Sequence record: OM864357.1
Reading direction: 5' to 3' (one strand)
Length of the DNA stretch: 42,949 nt
DNA from: Escherichia phage ZH5
Below the pieces are notes generated by a model. That model did no database searches. It worked only from the letters and a program-made list of their open reading frames with translations, and was not told where the DNA came from. Position numbers and translations under genes: made by a program. Every line of letters begins with the position of its first letter. The stretch's first letter is position 1. Shown one piece after another: positions 8,228-17,409 of the stretch.

Positions 8228-9498
8228 TAGTTGTGCGTGCAATGTGCACACAGAAGGTCTGGAACCGACTGCGAGAGCAGATACCCAAGTCTATGCTAGC
8301 GCCGGACACCTCGAACCTACTGGACTGGATAGGACTGTACTGGAACACGTACCCGGAGCACCAGGAGGTGCAGTGGGACGCGATGCAGAGCATGCTCAAT
8401 CTCCGCGCTGGGCACTTGTCCCGTGAAGAGCGGGTGATTATGGACGAGCTTATGCGAGGAGTACAAGCCGTACCACAGGATTCTGTGGTGGGGATTGTCC
8501 AGACCCTGAACGAGCTAGCCTACAGCGGAGAGGTTGCAGCTCTTACACAGCGCTACCAAGACGGTGAGGAGGTTGATTACCTGCTGGAGATGAAGCACCT
8601 CCAGCGCAAGTACGGTGATGGTGCTGCTGTTCATGATTCGCTACTGGAATGGGAGAGCGGAAGTGTTGATGAGATACTTGCCGCGACTGATGAAAGTGGC
8701 GGTCTTAAGCTGGGCGTATTTGAGCAACTCTCTAATAGCATTCGCGGGCTTCGCGGAGGTGATTGCATCGCCGTTGCTGCCCCTGTTGATTCTGGTAAAA
8801 CTAGCCTACTCGCTGCTATTGCTGTGGACTTTGCTAAACAGATGCAGCAGCAACCTGAAGTGTACGGGGATCGTCCGATTCTGTGGTTGGTTAACGAAGG
8901 TCCGGCGACGCGTACAGTGCCGAGGGTATATCAAGCGGCGCTGCATTGGACTCTGGCTGAGATTAAGGACAGGCACAGTAGGCAAGAGTTTGTGCCAGCC
9001 TATCTGGAGAAAGTAGGCAGGGCCGACCGTATTCGTATTAAGGCGGCACACTCCCTTACGATGGCTCAAATCTCTACGCTCATGGAGGAGATGCGCCCAG
9101 CGGTAATCATCATCGACATGGTGGCTAATATCCGTGGCGGTACTATGGAGAGTGAGCACCAGAATCTAGAGGCGAAGTGGCAGGAGCTGCGTATCCTGGG
9201 GTGTGAGAATGACTGTGCCGTTATCGGGACTATGCAGCTTTCACTTGAAGGTTATAACCTGCTGTTCCCACCGCTCACGGCAATGAAGCAGAGTAAGATT
9301 GGCGTACAAGGTGCTTTGGATTTGGCAATTATGATGGGGTGCTTGGACAGGAACGAGCAGCCGCACATGCAAAACATCCGTGGTATCAGTACACCCAAGA
9401 ACAAGATGGCACTATCAGGTAAAGAGTCGCTATTGCAGTTTGAGGTAGCATTCGACCCAGGCAGATGCCGCTTTAATGAGGGTCAGATTAACAAGTGA
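8218..9498 (+). CDS. Replicative DNA helicase (DnaB-like, RecA-fold)
   Basis: Walker A APVDSGKTSLL and Walker B-like VIIIDM. Start uncertain: TTG 8218 with GGAGG 7 nt upstream is preferred over GTG 8149 (inside primase) or ATG 8242. Confidence 0.75.
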   Translation: MDLIVVRAMCTQKVWNRLREQIPKSMLAPDTSNLLDWIGLYWNTYPEHQEVQWDAMQSMLNLRAGHLSREERVIMDELMRGVQAVPQDSVVGIVQTLNELAYSGEVAALTQRYQDGEEVDYLLEMKHLQRKYGDGAAVHDSLLEWESGSVDEILAATDESGGLKLGVFEQLSNSIRGLRGGDCIAVAAPVDSGKTSLLAAIAVDFAKQMQQQPEVYGDRPILWLVNEGPATRTVPRVYQAALHWTLAEIKDRHSRQEFVPAYLEKVGRADRIRIKAAHSLTMAQISTLMEEMRPAVIIIDMVANIRGGTMESEHQNLEAKWQELRILGCENDCAVIGTMQLSLEGYNLLFPPLTAMKQSKIGVQGALDLAIMMGCLDRNEQPHMQNIRGISTPKNKMALSGKESLLQFEVAFDPGRCRFNEGQINK

Positions 9499-9501
9499 CT
9501 T

Positions 9502-9532
9502 CCCTAGCGCCTTCCTAGAGGGCGCTATGTAG
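9502..9532 (+). promoter_or_regulatory. Third, diverged copy of the intergenic hairpin element (tagcgcc / loop / ggcgcta, then tgtagg)
   Basis: Shares the right-arm 10-mer GGCGCTATGT with copy 2; lies between helicase and the next gene. Confidence 0.4.
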
Positions 9533-9560
9533 GTACAAAGGCTCGGAGGGCTAAGTGGAA

Positions 9561-9743
9561 ATGAAGATATACATGCTGATGTATAGCTATAGCTGGGACT
9601 ATGAGGATTACGGCGAGGAGGTGTTGGGGTGTTTCAAAGACCGGTACCACGCGGAGCTTGCTGCGTATTGGTTGAATGATAGCCGCAAACGCTACAACGT
9701 TCCGCACGAAGACTTTTACGTAGAGGAGGTGCGTGTAGTATGA
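9561..9743 (+). CDS. Hypothetical protein (60 aa, Tyr/acidic-rich)
   Basis: GGAGGG RBS upstream of ATG 9561 (GTG at 9555 also possible). Confidence 0.5.
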   Translation: MKIYMLMYSYSWDYEDYGEEVLGCFKDRYHAELAAYWLNDSRKRYNVPHEDFYVEEVRVV

Positions 9744-12106
9744 CAACCAGTATAATGCACATCGACTTGGAGACAGAGAACCATGAATATTATGGCTCTA
9801 AAGCAAGCCCATACTGCCCTGACAACTATGTTGTTGAGTCAGCATGGCGTATCGACACGACACAGGCTGACGGTACTACCACTGTTGGCGCGACTCAATC
9901 GGTGCGCTTCAATTCAAGAGCTGATTTCTTGGCGGGAAACAGTGCAGCAGAAGGCTGCCGGTGGTTTCATATCCCCGAAGATTGCTGGCTTATTGTTGCG
10001 CACAACGCAGCCTATGAGATTTCTTGGTTTCTCACGTACCAGCGGCAGCAGTTTGAGGCCTTCCTCAAGCGCGGCGGCAGGGTGTTCTGCACAATGCACG
10101 GGGAATACATCGCCTCGGACTTTCAGAGCATGTATCCGTCACTGGACGAGACGGCTCCTAAGTACGGCGGTACGCACAAAGTAGATGGGGTTAAGATCCT
10201 CTGGGAGCAAGGTGTATTAACCTCCCAGATTGATCCTATGCTATTGCATGACTACCTAGTGAATGGGGATATACCGAACACGGCCCTGTGCTTCTATGGA
10301 CAGTGCGCGACGTTCGCCCAGCGTAATCAGATGCAGTATGTGTGGGAGCGTATGGATGCGTTGCTGGCATGGGCATACTGTGAATGGTTTGGACTGTTCG
10401 TGAATATGCCTATTGCTCGCAAGAACCAAGAGGAGCAGGAGCAGCGTATCCTGGAGATTAAGAAGGAGCTGCAACAATACATCCCGAAGGACTTGCCGGA
10501 GACACTGGATTTCAACTTCGGCTCAGACTTCCATATGTCTGCACTGGTATACGGTGGCCCTATCAAGTATCGCAAGAAAGTACCATACGACCCTCCACAG
10601 TATGTTAAGTGTGATGCGTACCTGGTGCAGGGCACTGACGGAACATTCGTACCTTGTGATAGCACCGACGTATCTGGACCACACAATTATGTAACCTACA
10701 AAGCAGGGAAGAACAAGGGCCTACCAAAAGTGTTCCGAGTGGACACTGACGAGGAGAAACTTAAGTGGGAGGACGACCTCTACTTCTGTCCAGGCCTAGT
10801 TAACATCCAAGAACTCCCAGAGGTGCTCCGAGAGAAATACGCCGAGCGTGGAGAGTTCAGGCAAGCTCGGTGCTTGCAGGATGGGACTCCAATCTACAGC
10901 ACCAGCACAGATGCAATGGAAGCCCTAGCACGTCATGGATTTGAGTTCTGTCGATTGGTGAACGAGCTAGGCGCTCTGGAGAAGGACACAGGAACCTACT
11001 ATCTACGAACGGAGTACAACGAAGATGGGTCAGTTAAAAAGACCTCAGGCATGCTTCAATACGTCATACCTCAGAACCCTGATGGTTCAGGTATTATCCA
11101 CCACCGTCTTAACACCTGTGCCACTGTCACTGGGCGACTGTCAGGTTCTAACCCGAATCTCCAGAATCTACCGCGCGATGGGACGAGCCGGGTTAAGCAG
11201 ATGTTCACCTCTCGTTTCGGAGAGTCTGGTCGCATCACTGAGGTTGACTACTCGGCCCTGGAAGTGGTTATGTCTTGTGTTCACACTGGAGACCTTAAAC
11301 TACTGGGGCTACTGCAGTCCGGCACGGATATGCACTGCTACCGCCTAGCGTTCAAGGAGGGCAAAACCTACGAAGAGATGTATGACCTCTGCCACAACGC
11401 CGATGGGCCGGACTACAAATACTGGAAGCAGCAGCGTACGGACATTAAGCCTCCGAGCTTTGCTGCACAGTACGGGGCTACGGCTAAAGGGATTGCGTTT
11501 GCTACGGGCTGTACAGTGGAGTATGCACAGTCGTTCCTGGATAACGAGGCGAAGCTGTTCCCAGACACCATCGGATTCCGGGCGGTAGTAAAGGAGGAGG
11601 TAGAGCGCACCGGGGCGGCTGGGCGCATTTACCGGGAGCAAGCGGATGATGGCAGCTACCGCATCTACCGCATTGGCACCTGGACCAGCCCAGCTGGTGC
11701 ACGGTACAGCTTCCGCCAGAAGGAGCAGTGGAAGGAAGTAGTCCCTGGCCAGCGCAAACAAAAGGTGATGGACTACAAAGAAACTGAGATGGCTAACTAC
11801 TGGTGTCAGGGTGAGGCATTCTTCCTGATGGCGGTAGCAGCTGGTATGGTTCTGCGTGCAATGCTGGCACGGGATTGGTTCGATAATCAGGTGTGTTTGA
11901 TTACGAACGTGCACGATGCATTGTATCTGGATAGTGCTAATCCGGAAGTAGGCAGAGAGGCGAGCCTGTTGGTCAAGCAGTGTATGGAGGATGCACCTAA
12001 GCGTATCCACCAGCTCTGGCCTAACTACGGCATAATTGGTGAGGTCCCGTTCCCAGCGGAAGCTGAAATGGGTACAAGCATGTACAGTAAGGAGAAAGTA
12101 GAATGA
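9740..12106 (+). CDS. DNA polymerase, family A (T7 gp5-like) with 3'-5' exonuclease domain
   Basis: Pol A motifs DYSALEV (A), KPPSFAAQYG (B) and VHDALY (C); 788 aa; GGAGGTG RBS. Confidence 0.9.
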   Translation: MTTSIMHIDLETENHEYYGSKASPYCPDNYVVESAWRIDTTQADGTTTVGATQSVRFNSRADFLAGNSAAEGCRWFHIPEDCWLIVAHNAAYEISWFLTYQRQQFEAFLKRGGRVFCTMHGEYIASDFQSMYPSLDETAPKYGGTHKVDGVKILWEQGVLTSQIDPMLLHDYLVNGDIPNTALCFYGQCATFAQRNQMQYVWERMDALLAWAYCEWFGLFVNMPIARKNQEEQEQRILEIKKELQQYIPKDLPETLDFNFGSDFHMSALVYGGPIKYRKKVPYDPPQYVKCDAYLVQGTDGTFVPCDSTDVSGPHNYVTYKAGKNKGLPKVFRVDTDEEKLKWEDDLYFCPGLVNIQELPEVLREKYAERGEFRQARCLQDGTPIYSTSTDAMEALARHGFEFCRLVNELGALEKDTGTYYLRTEYNEDGSVKKTSGMLQYVIPQNPDGSGIIHHRLNTCATVTGRLSGSNPNLQNLPRDGTSRVKQMFTSRFGESGRITEVDYSALEVVMSCVHTGDLKLLGLLQSGTDMHCYRLAFKEGKTYEEMYDLCHNADGPDYKYWKQQRTDIKPPSFAAQYGATAKGIAFATGCTVEYAQSFLDNEAKLFPDTIGFRAVVKEEVERTGAAGRIYREQADDGSYRIYRIGTWTSPAGARYSFRQKEQWKEVVPGQRKQKVMDYKETEMANYWCQGEAFFLMAVAAGMVLRAMLARDWFDNQVCLITNVHDALYLDSANPEVGREASLLVKQCMEDAPKRIHQLWPNYGIIGEVPFPAEAEMGTSMYSKEKVE

Positions 12107-12324
12107 CTATTAAACCGGGTAGTATTGTGGAGATACTAGGACTTGGGCCGGAACCCTTAGAACCTAGACATCGTGATTACTTTGCACCGGGCACACAGCA
12201 TCGTGTGATATCTTATGATCCTGAATTCTGGGAGGTGGAGTTAATGAATCCAGACAATAATTCAGAGAAGCCTGGGGATGGTATTACCTTCTTCTCTGGA
12301 GAGTACAAACTTATAGCGGAGTGA
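12103..12324 (+). CDS. Hypothetical protein (73 aa)
   Basis: AAGGAG RBS; ATG overlaps the polymerase stop. Confidence 0.55.
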   Translation: MTIKPGSIVEILGLGPEPLEPRHRDYFAPGTQHRVISYDPEFWEVELMNPDNNSEKPGDGITFFSGEYKLIAE

Positions 12325-12419
12325 TGATAGGTGTACCCTTGGGTGGTGTAGGGGGTTAGGGTAACATGGAAATACGCTAGGGTCAAGTAGATAATTAAAT
12401 AAAATTATTCGTTGACTCT

Positions 12420-12432
12420 GGCTTGATTCTGT
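12420..12432. promoter_or_regulatory. 13-bp inverted repeat (ctgtga-t-tcacag) in the longest internal intergenic region; candidate operator
   Basis: Perfect 6+1+6 palindrome flanked by an AT-rich tract and TTGACT / TTGATT -35-like hexamers, about 55 nt upstream of the phosphoesterase gene. Confidence 0.3.
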
Positions 12433-12486
12433 GATTCACAGAGAATTAATGTGATACGAGTAGGAACAACATAAGAGAGGCAACCC

Positions 12487-13464
12487 TTGGCTAAAGTAAG
12501 TCTAATCAAACTATTCACCAAAGAGCAGCACCAAGAAATCCTGAGTAAGTACAGCAGTAATACAGAGGCGGCTTGGGCTTACAATGAGAGCTGCAAAGTG
12601 AGGGGTGCAGTGTCCCGCCAGCTTGTACGCTACTGGCGTAGCATCTTCATGGATAACAATGGGAGTAAAGTGAATGCTAACCGTGGTTTACAGGAAGCTC
12701 GTAAGCTTATTCAGCCGAGCCCAACCGACGACATTGGAAATACTAGCGTTCCTAGTACATGTCACCGTATTCTTGTTGTGGGTGATTTGCATGCTCCTTA
12801 TACTCACGTAGATGCTATGGACTTCCTAAAAAGTGTGCGGGATGAGTATTGTCCGGATATGGTGGTACAGGTCGGTGATGAGACTGACGGGCACGCAATC
12901 AGTTTCCACGACTCTGATCCTAACCTAGATAGTGCTGGGGTTGAGCTGGAGAAAGCCAAGCTCGTGCTGGAGGAGCTGCATGAACTGTTCCCGAACCTTC
13001 TGGTGTGTGACTCCAATCACGGCAGTCTGGTTTACCGCAGGGCGAAAGCTCATGGGCTACCAGTGCAATTTATCAAGAAGTACCGCGATATCTTGTTCCC
13101 TGAGCACGGTGCCCCGGCATGGTCGTGGGCCGATGCTTGGGTACTTAATACACCGCTGGGACCTGTCCGCTTCCAGCATCAAGTATCAGGTGACTTCATG
13201 CTTAATGCGTCCCATGAGCGCACTTCACTGGTTCTCGGTCACGAGCATGGGCGGTTCGAAGTTCAGTATGCAGCGTCTTCGACGGCACTGTATTTTGGCG
13301 CGTATGCAGGCTGCTTGATTGACCGTAAGAGTCTGGCCTTTGCATACGGTAGGTTAGCCCGTAAGAAACCAATCCTAGGCGTACTGGTAATCACAGAGGG
13401 TTGTCCGCAGCTAATTCCGATGCTGCTCGATGACGAGGGTCGTTGGGTTGGTCGTTCTAAATAA
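12487..13464 (+). CDS. Calcineurin-like metallophosphoesterase (325 aa)
   Basis: GDLHAPY and GDETDGH motifs typical of the metallophosphoesterase fold. TTG start with GAGAGG RBS; first in-frame ATG is about 54 codons downstream. Confidence 0.65.
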   Translation: MAKVSLIKLFTKEQHQEILSKYSSNTEAAWAYNESCKVRGAVSRQLVRYWRSIFMDNNGSKVNANRGLQEARKLIQPSPTDDIGNTSVPSTCHRILVVGDLHAPYTHVDAMDFLKSVRDEYCPDMVVQVGDETDGHAISFHDSDPNLDSAGVELEKAKLVLEELHELFPNLLVCDSNHGSLVYRRAKAHGLPVQFIKKYRDILFPEHGAPAWSWADAWVLNTPLGPVRFQHQVSGDFMLNASHERTSLVLGHEHGRFEVQYAASSTALYFGAYAGCLIDRKSLAFAYGRLARKKPILGVLVITEGCPQLIPMLLDDEGRWVGRSK

Positions 13465-13474
13465 CGTAGAGGTG

Positions 13475-13642
13475 ATGATGAAAATGGGAATCTGTTCTGT
13501 ACTGGGCCTTATCTTTGTAACCCTGAAACTGACTGGCGTTATCGCCTGGTCTTGGCTGTGGGTGCTGCTCCCGTTCTGGGGCCCTGCTGCGCTGGCTATA
13601 ATCCTGGTGTTCGTTGCCGCCGCCATCGCTTCAAAACGCTAA
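13475..13642 (+). CDS. Small membrane protein (55 aa, two predicted TM helices)
   Basis: GAGGTG RBS then ATG ATG; almost entirely hydrophobic (ICSVLGLIFVTL..., WLWVLLPFWGPAALAIILVFVAAAI). Confidence 0.5.
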   Translation: MMKMGICSVLGLIFVTLKLTGVIAWSWLWVLLPFWGPAALAIILVFVAAAIASKR

Positions 13643-13693
13643 GCCCTGCATCTGCACATAAATTTTATTTAAGCTAAACGAGGACGTAATTAT

Positions 13694-14563
13694 ATGACTA
13701 TGAATGCACTGGACACTCTGAACTCTCTGGTTGCTGCTGCGATTGAAACCCAAGAAGTTGATATGACGGAGACCTCCCAGGGTGGGGCATACGAGGACGT
13801 TCTGCTGCCAAAGGGTGAATACTATGGTTACTTCACTGAGTACGTGGAAATCGGTAAGCGCCTCCCGACTAAGGGTGGTAAGCCTACTGGTAAACCTGCC
13901 GCAGCTAACGTGCGTATCGGGATTGTAGTGTATGGTCCGAACGGCGAGGTTAAGCGTATTCGTCCGTATCCGATGACTATCAGCAACTTTGAGCGTGCGG
14001 GCTTCAAGAAGTTCTTCGACAAGCTCAACTACGATGGCAGCATTAAGCACGCTGCGCAGCGACTGGGACAGGCGTTTGTGTTCCCGCTGGACGAACACAC
14101 CAGCGCCGCTGGCAAGAAGTCCAACATCGTAGACCTCGCGGCAATCCGTCCGATTCCGAAATTCGACCCGAATACCGGTGAGCCGATTAAAATGCCTGAG
14201 CTGGATGCTTCCGAGATTAAGCTGTTCCTGTGGAACAACCCGACTAAGGAAACCTGGGATAGCTTGTATATCGAAGGGACCAAGGATGATGGTAAGAGTA
14301 AAAACTGGATTCAGGAGGATATGTACAAGGCCGTAGACTTCCCGGGCAGTGCTCTGGATATTATGCTGAACGCCAGCTCAGTTCCTAGCCCAGCAGCTAT
14401 GCAGGCTCCAGCGGCCCCAGCTGCTCCTACTGCACCTGCTACACCAACAGCCCCGGCAGCCCCGGCTGCACCAGTGGCTCCAGCAGCCCCTGTAGCCCCT
14501 GTAGCCCCTGTAGCCCCTGTAGCCCCTGTAGCGCCAGCAGCACCTGCTGCGCCTCAAGCCTAA
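13694..14563 (+). CDS. Hypothetical protein (289 aa) with C-terminal Pro/Ala/Val-rich tail
   Basis: GAGGA RBS; the C-terminal ~50 aa are (A/V)P-type repeats encoded partly by a 9-bp tandem repeat. Confidence 0.6.
   Translation: MTMNALDTLNSLVAAAIETQEVDMTETSQGGAYEDVLLPKGEYYGYFTEYVEIGKRLPTKGGKPTGKPAAANVRIGIVVYGPNGEVKRIRPYPMTISNFERAGFKKFFDKLNYDGSIKHAAQRLGQAFVFPLDEHTSAAGKKSNIVDLAAIRPIPKFDPNTGEPIKMPELDASEIKLFLWNNPTKETWDSLYIEGTKDDGKSKNWIQEDMYKAVDFPGSALDIMLNASSVPSPAAMQAPAAPAAPTAPATPTAPAAPAAPVAPAAPVAPVAPVAPVAPVAPAAPAAPQA
14487..14531 (+). repeat. Tandem repeat, 5 x 9-bp (cccctgtag), in frame inside the 13694-14563 CDS
   Basis: Five perfect adjacent units encoding the PVA repeats. Confidence 0.85.
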
Positions 14564-14586
14564 CCTACCTTACTACTAACTAATAT

Positions 14587-14602
14587 GGCCCCACCTGGGG
14601 CC
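14587..14602 (+). promoter_or_regulatory. GC-rich hairpin (ggcccc / acct / ggggcc) without a U-tract; possible RNA-stability or attenuator element
   Basis: 6-bp perfect stem 24 nt after the 14563 stop. Confidence 0.3.
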
Positions 14603-14621
14603 TTAGAGGAGTGTATAATTG

Positions 14622-14996
14622 ATGGATAAAGTATTAGAAGCATATAAGAACCTATCTATTACGGTTGGTGCTGCAGTGTGTGATGCAGCAGCGTGTGGTG
14701 TACACGACATTAGTCTGGACAATATCTATGATGCCTTAGACGAACTGGCGGCCCTATATGGTATGGATCTGGAACTGGCCGCTACCGCCTTCAAGGAGCA
14801 CAACGACCTAGCTGCGCATGCCGACAAGTTGAAGGGAGATGATCTAGCGGTTATCCGCGTAGTAGGCACGCTCAGTATCGGGCTTGCGGAGATTGGTTCC
14901 TGTATCTATGATGTAGACCAGAGCCTGCGTACGCCGGAAGTAATCGGGGACATGCTTGGTACCGTGCTGGTGCTGTCTGAGTTGGAGCCGTGCTGA
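14622..14996 (+). CDS. Hypothetical protein (124 aa, acidic)
   Basis: GAGGAG RBS; ATG at 14622 (TTG at 14619 also possible). Confidence 0.55.
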   Translation: MDKVLEAYKNLSITVGAAVCDAAACGVHDISLDNIYDALDELAALYGMDLELAATAFKEHNDLAAHADKLKGDDLAVIRVVGTLSIGLAEIGSCIYDVDQSLRTPEVIGDMLGTVLVLSELEPC

Positions 14997-15154
14997 TGCT
15001 ATACTTACATCGTGCAATTTACGTAGTTTTGATTCTCCCACTAATCCCCTTGGCGGGACTCTGCTATCTGTGTGATAAGCTCACCAAGGCGAAGTGGGCT
15101 GAACGTTGGGTTAACTGGGCCGATAAGAAGGCCCGCGATATTACGGGGCGCTAA
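14996..15154 (+). CDS. Small membrane protein (52 aa, one predicted TM helix)
   Basis: ATG overlaps the upstream TGA and its stop overlaps the exonuclease ATG; hydrophobic N-terminus (AIYVVLILPLIPLAGLCYL). Confidence 0.4.
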   Translation: MLYLHRAIYVVLILPLIPLAGLCYLCDKLTKAKWAERWVNWADKKARDITGR

Positions 15155-16122
15155 TGATTATCAACGGGGTTGACTTATCCCAGCTCCCAGAGCAGTTAGC
15201 TCCGCAGAACTCTGGGAAGATTCTGCTGTATGATGCGGACTTTTGCGTGTACAAAGCCGCTGCTACAGTGAAACGGCTAGATACCGCGATACGCCGCTTC
15301 TATCAGCTGCTGCTTGAGGACATGTTCCTGGTCGGTTGCTCAGAAGCAGTGGCGTATCTAACGCCTACGGGCTGTGCTAAGTGCTTGCGCTGGCACCTGC
15401 CTACGGCTAAGCCCTACCAGGGGCAGCGAGCTAACCGGCAGGAGCTACCACTGAAGGCCCCTTTGAAGCGGCACCTGATTGATAACCCGGACCAGTATTC
15501 TGAGCAAGGTATCCAGGTGGTTAGCAGTGACTTCTTCGAGGCGGATGACCTGTTCGTAATGGATTCATACGCCTTCGGTGAGCGCGGTATCCTGATGTCA
15601 CAGGATAAAGATTCCTGGCTCAGTCCTATGGCCCGGTTTGATATCCCAACCGGTACAGTGTGGCCTGCACTGGAGGACCCATTCGGATGGATTAAGTGGG
15701 ATGACACCCAGGCTATGCCTGTACGAGCACACGGGTTGAAGTTCTTCTGGTGGCAGATGCTAGCAGGGGACGACGCAGATAACGTCAAAGGCATCACGTT
15801 GCTTGATGGGAAGCCCTGTGGCAAGCGAACAGCCTTTGATGCTATCTACCCTATTACCTCAGAGCAAGACGCCGCAGAGTTCGTTGTAGCGGCTTATGCT
15901 CGAAACAATCAAGATGTACTCGCAGAGGCTGAATGCCTGTTCCTGCGACGCTCCCAATCAGATTCTGCCTATCAGTATCTGATGTCACTGTTGACTACTC
16001 CCAGTCTACGTGACTGGGTGCAGTCGCTGCACGAGTACCATAAACAGCACATACAGTGGATACAGGAGCACCCAGACAATGGCGAAGATGTCTGCGAAGG
16101 AAATGAGCCTGCGGGCGATTGA
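15154..16122 (+). CDS. 5'-3' exonuclease (FEN/T7 gp6-like)
   Basis: N-terminal ILLYDADFCVYKAAA resembles the acidic nuclease motif of phage exonucleases; position between polymerase and endonuclease VII as in phiKMV-like genomes. Confidence 0.6.
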   Translation: MIINGVDLSQLPEQLAPQNSGKILLYDADFCVYKAAATVKRLDTAIRRFYQLLLEDMFLVGCSEAVAYLTPTGCAKCLRWHLPTAKPYQGQRANRQELPLKAPLKRHLIDNPDQYSEQGIQVVSSDFFEADDLFVMDSYAFGERGILMSQDKDSWLSPMARFDIPTGTVWPALEDPFGWIKWDDTQAMPVRAHGLKFFWWQMLAGDDADNVKGITLLDGKPCGKRTAFDAIYPITSEQDAAEFVVAAYARNNQDVLAEAECLFLRRSQSDSAYQYLMSLLTTPSLRDWVQSLHEYHKQHIQWIQEHPDNGEDVCEGNEPAGD

Positions 16123-16276
16123 GTTATACTACGAGGGGAAACATGATGAACTGGAAACTATTCTGGACGCGCTACGTGAACGAGCACCCAAAACACATCG
16201 AAGAACGGTTGAGCATTTGGATTCTATCATTCACGACAATGCTATGTTGGATTTAGTTGGGGAGATTGAATTATGA
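16079..16276 (+). CDS. Hypothetical protein (about 65 aa)
   Basis: Track ORF 16010-16276 overlaps the exonuclease 3' end; ATG 16079 preferred (alternatives 16088 and 16106). Confidence 0.4.
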   Translation: MAKMSAKEMSLRAIELYYEGKHDELETILDALRERAPKTHRRTVEHLDSIIHDNAMLDLVGEIEL

Positions 16277-16485
16277 AATTGAACGTTGAGGCACCACGCC
16301 AAAAGAACAGAGAGTGTGTAACATGCGACCCTTGTCCCTTTTCGTACATGTGGGCCGTTAGCAGCCCTAGCGAAACTTACTACTGGTTCTTCTGGGCGCG
16401 CCCTACTAAGAAGCAACTACGCAGGTTGCAGCGCACCTACCGCAGAATCTTGGCAGAGGGAGTTGTGTTGCATGAGCCTGCGTAA
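16273..16485 (+). CDS. Hypothetical protein (70 aa, basic, with CxxC)
   Basis: ATG overlaps the upstream stop; compact fit in the gene array. Confidence 0.5.
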   Translation: MKLNVEAPRQKNRECVTCDPCPFSYMWAVSSPSETYYWFFWARPTKKQLRRLQRTYRRILAEGVVLHEPA

Positions 16486-16894
16486 GATTACACGGGCACA
16501 GATTCGCTCTGTGGCTATTAAACTTGCCAAAGACCAGGGAGGTATATGCCTCCTTTGTGGTAAACCTTTGGACTTCACGATCAAGGGGGTGACTGGTGAT
16601 TCTGTTGTCGTTGACCACTGTCATATTACTGGGCGTATTCGGGGTGCTCTTCATCGCTCATGCAATGGAGGGGAGGGCAAGGTGGCATCTGCCGCTGGGC
16701 GCTGGATTGTTGGTAGCATGCAATCTTCTAGGGCTATTGCTGAATCTCTGCGTAGGGTTGCCGACTACCTAGACCGTGAACCCACGGATATGCTATACTA
16801 TACATATAAGACGCCGGAAGAACAGGCACAGGCACAGAAGCTCAAGGCACGCAAGGCCAGAGCACGACGCAAAGCACGGGAGACTATTAAATGA
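16472..16894 (+). CDS. Recombination endonuclease VII (Holliday junction resolvase)
   Basis: VVDHCHITGRIRGALHRSCN matches the T4 endonuclease VII catalytic/zinc motif; AGAGGGA RBS. Confidence 0.8.
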   Translation: MSLRKITRAQIRSVAIKLAKDQGGICLLCGKPLDFTIKGVTGDSVVVDHCHITGRIRGALHRSCNGGEGKVASAAGRWIVGSMQSSRAIAESLRRVADYLDREPTDMLYYTYKTPEEQAQAQKLKARKARARRKARETIK

Positions 16895-17265
16895 CGGACG
16901 TTATTCTAGGTAAATGCGCAGGTTATTGTAAGGCTTGCGCTGGGGATATCAGATACCCTCACAGAGACTCTTTAGCTGTTAGGATGCAAAGACTTAAACC
17001 AGCAACTACACAGGAACCTACTGCACCTGTAATCACTGACGCAGTGAACTCCCCGAAGCACTATCAGTTCTTCCCGGACCTAGAGGCTATCGAAGTTATC
17101 GCTCGTAGCATGACTCAGGAGCAGTTCTACGGCTATTGTCTGGGTAACAGATTAAAATACAGACTCCGAGCCGGGAACAAGGATAAACTGGAGCAGGACA
17201 TTGCTAAGTCCGACAAGTACTCAGAACTGTATGAACAACACCGAGGTAAGTGCATTGATGCCTAG
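16891..17265 (+). CDS. Hypothetical protein (124 aa), possibly DUF3310-like
   Basis: Contains an SPKHYQ motif that I recall from a phage domain of unknown function; weak recognition only. Confidence 0.5.
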   Translation: MTDVILGKCAGYCKACAGDIRYPHRDSLAVRMQRLKPATTQEPTAPVITDAVNSPKHYQFFPDLEAIEVIARSMTQEQFYGYCLGNRLKYRLRAGNKDKLEQDIAKSDKYSELYEQHRGKCIDA

Positions 17266-17409
17266 TGCATGGTGTCACATGATGTGGCAGAAAGCAATAG
17301 AGCGGGGCGATGAAAGCTCCGCTAATGACTACCTGGAGATGTACAATCTCTGGGTAAGTCGAAACCTGTAGTTAGAAATACCGGACATAACCAAGGAGAC
17401 TAAGCGCCT

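Noticed and set aside
17279-17371. 30-aa ORF in the intergenic region upstream of the RNA polymerase gene
   Set aside because: No Shine-Dalgarno, very short, and the region is more likely a promoter or leader for the polymerase gene.
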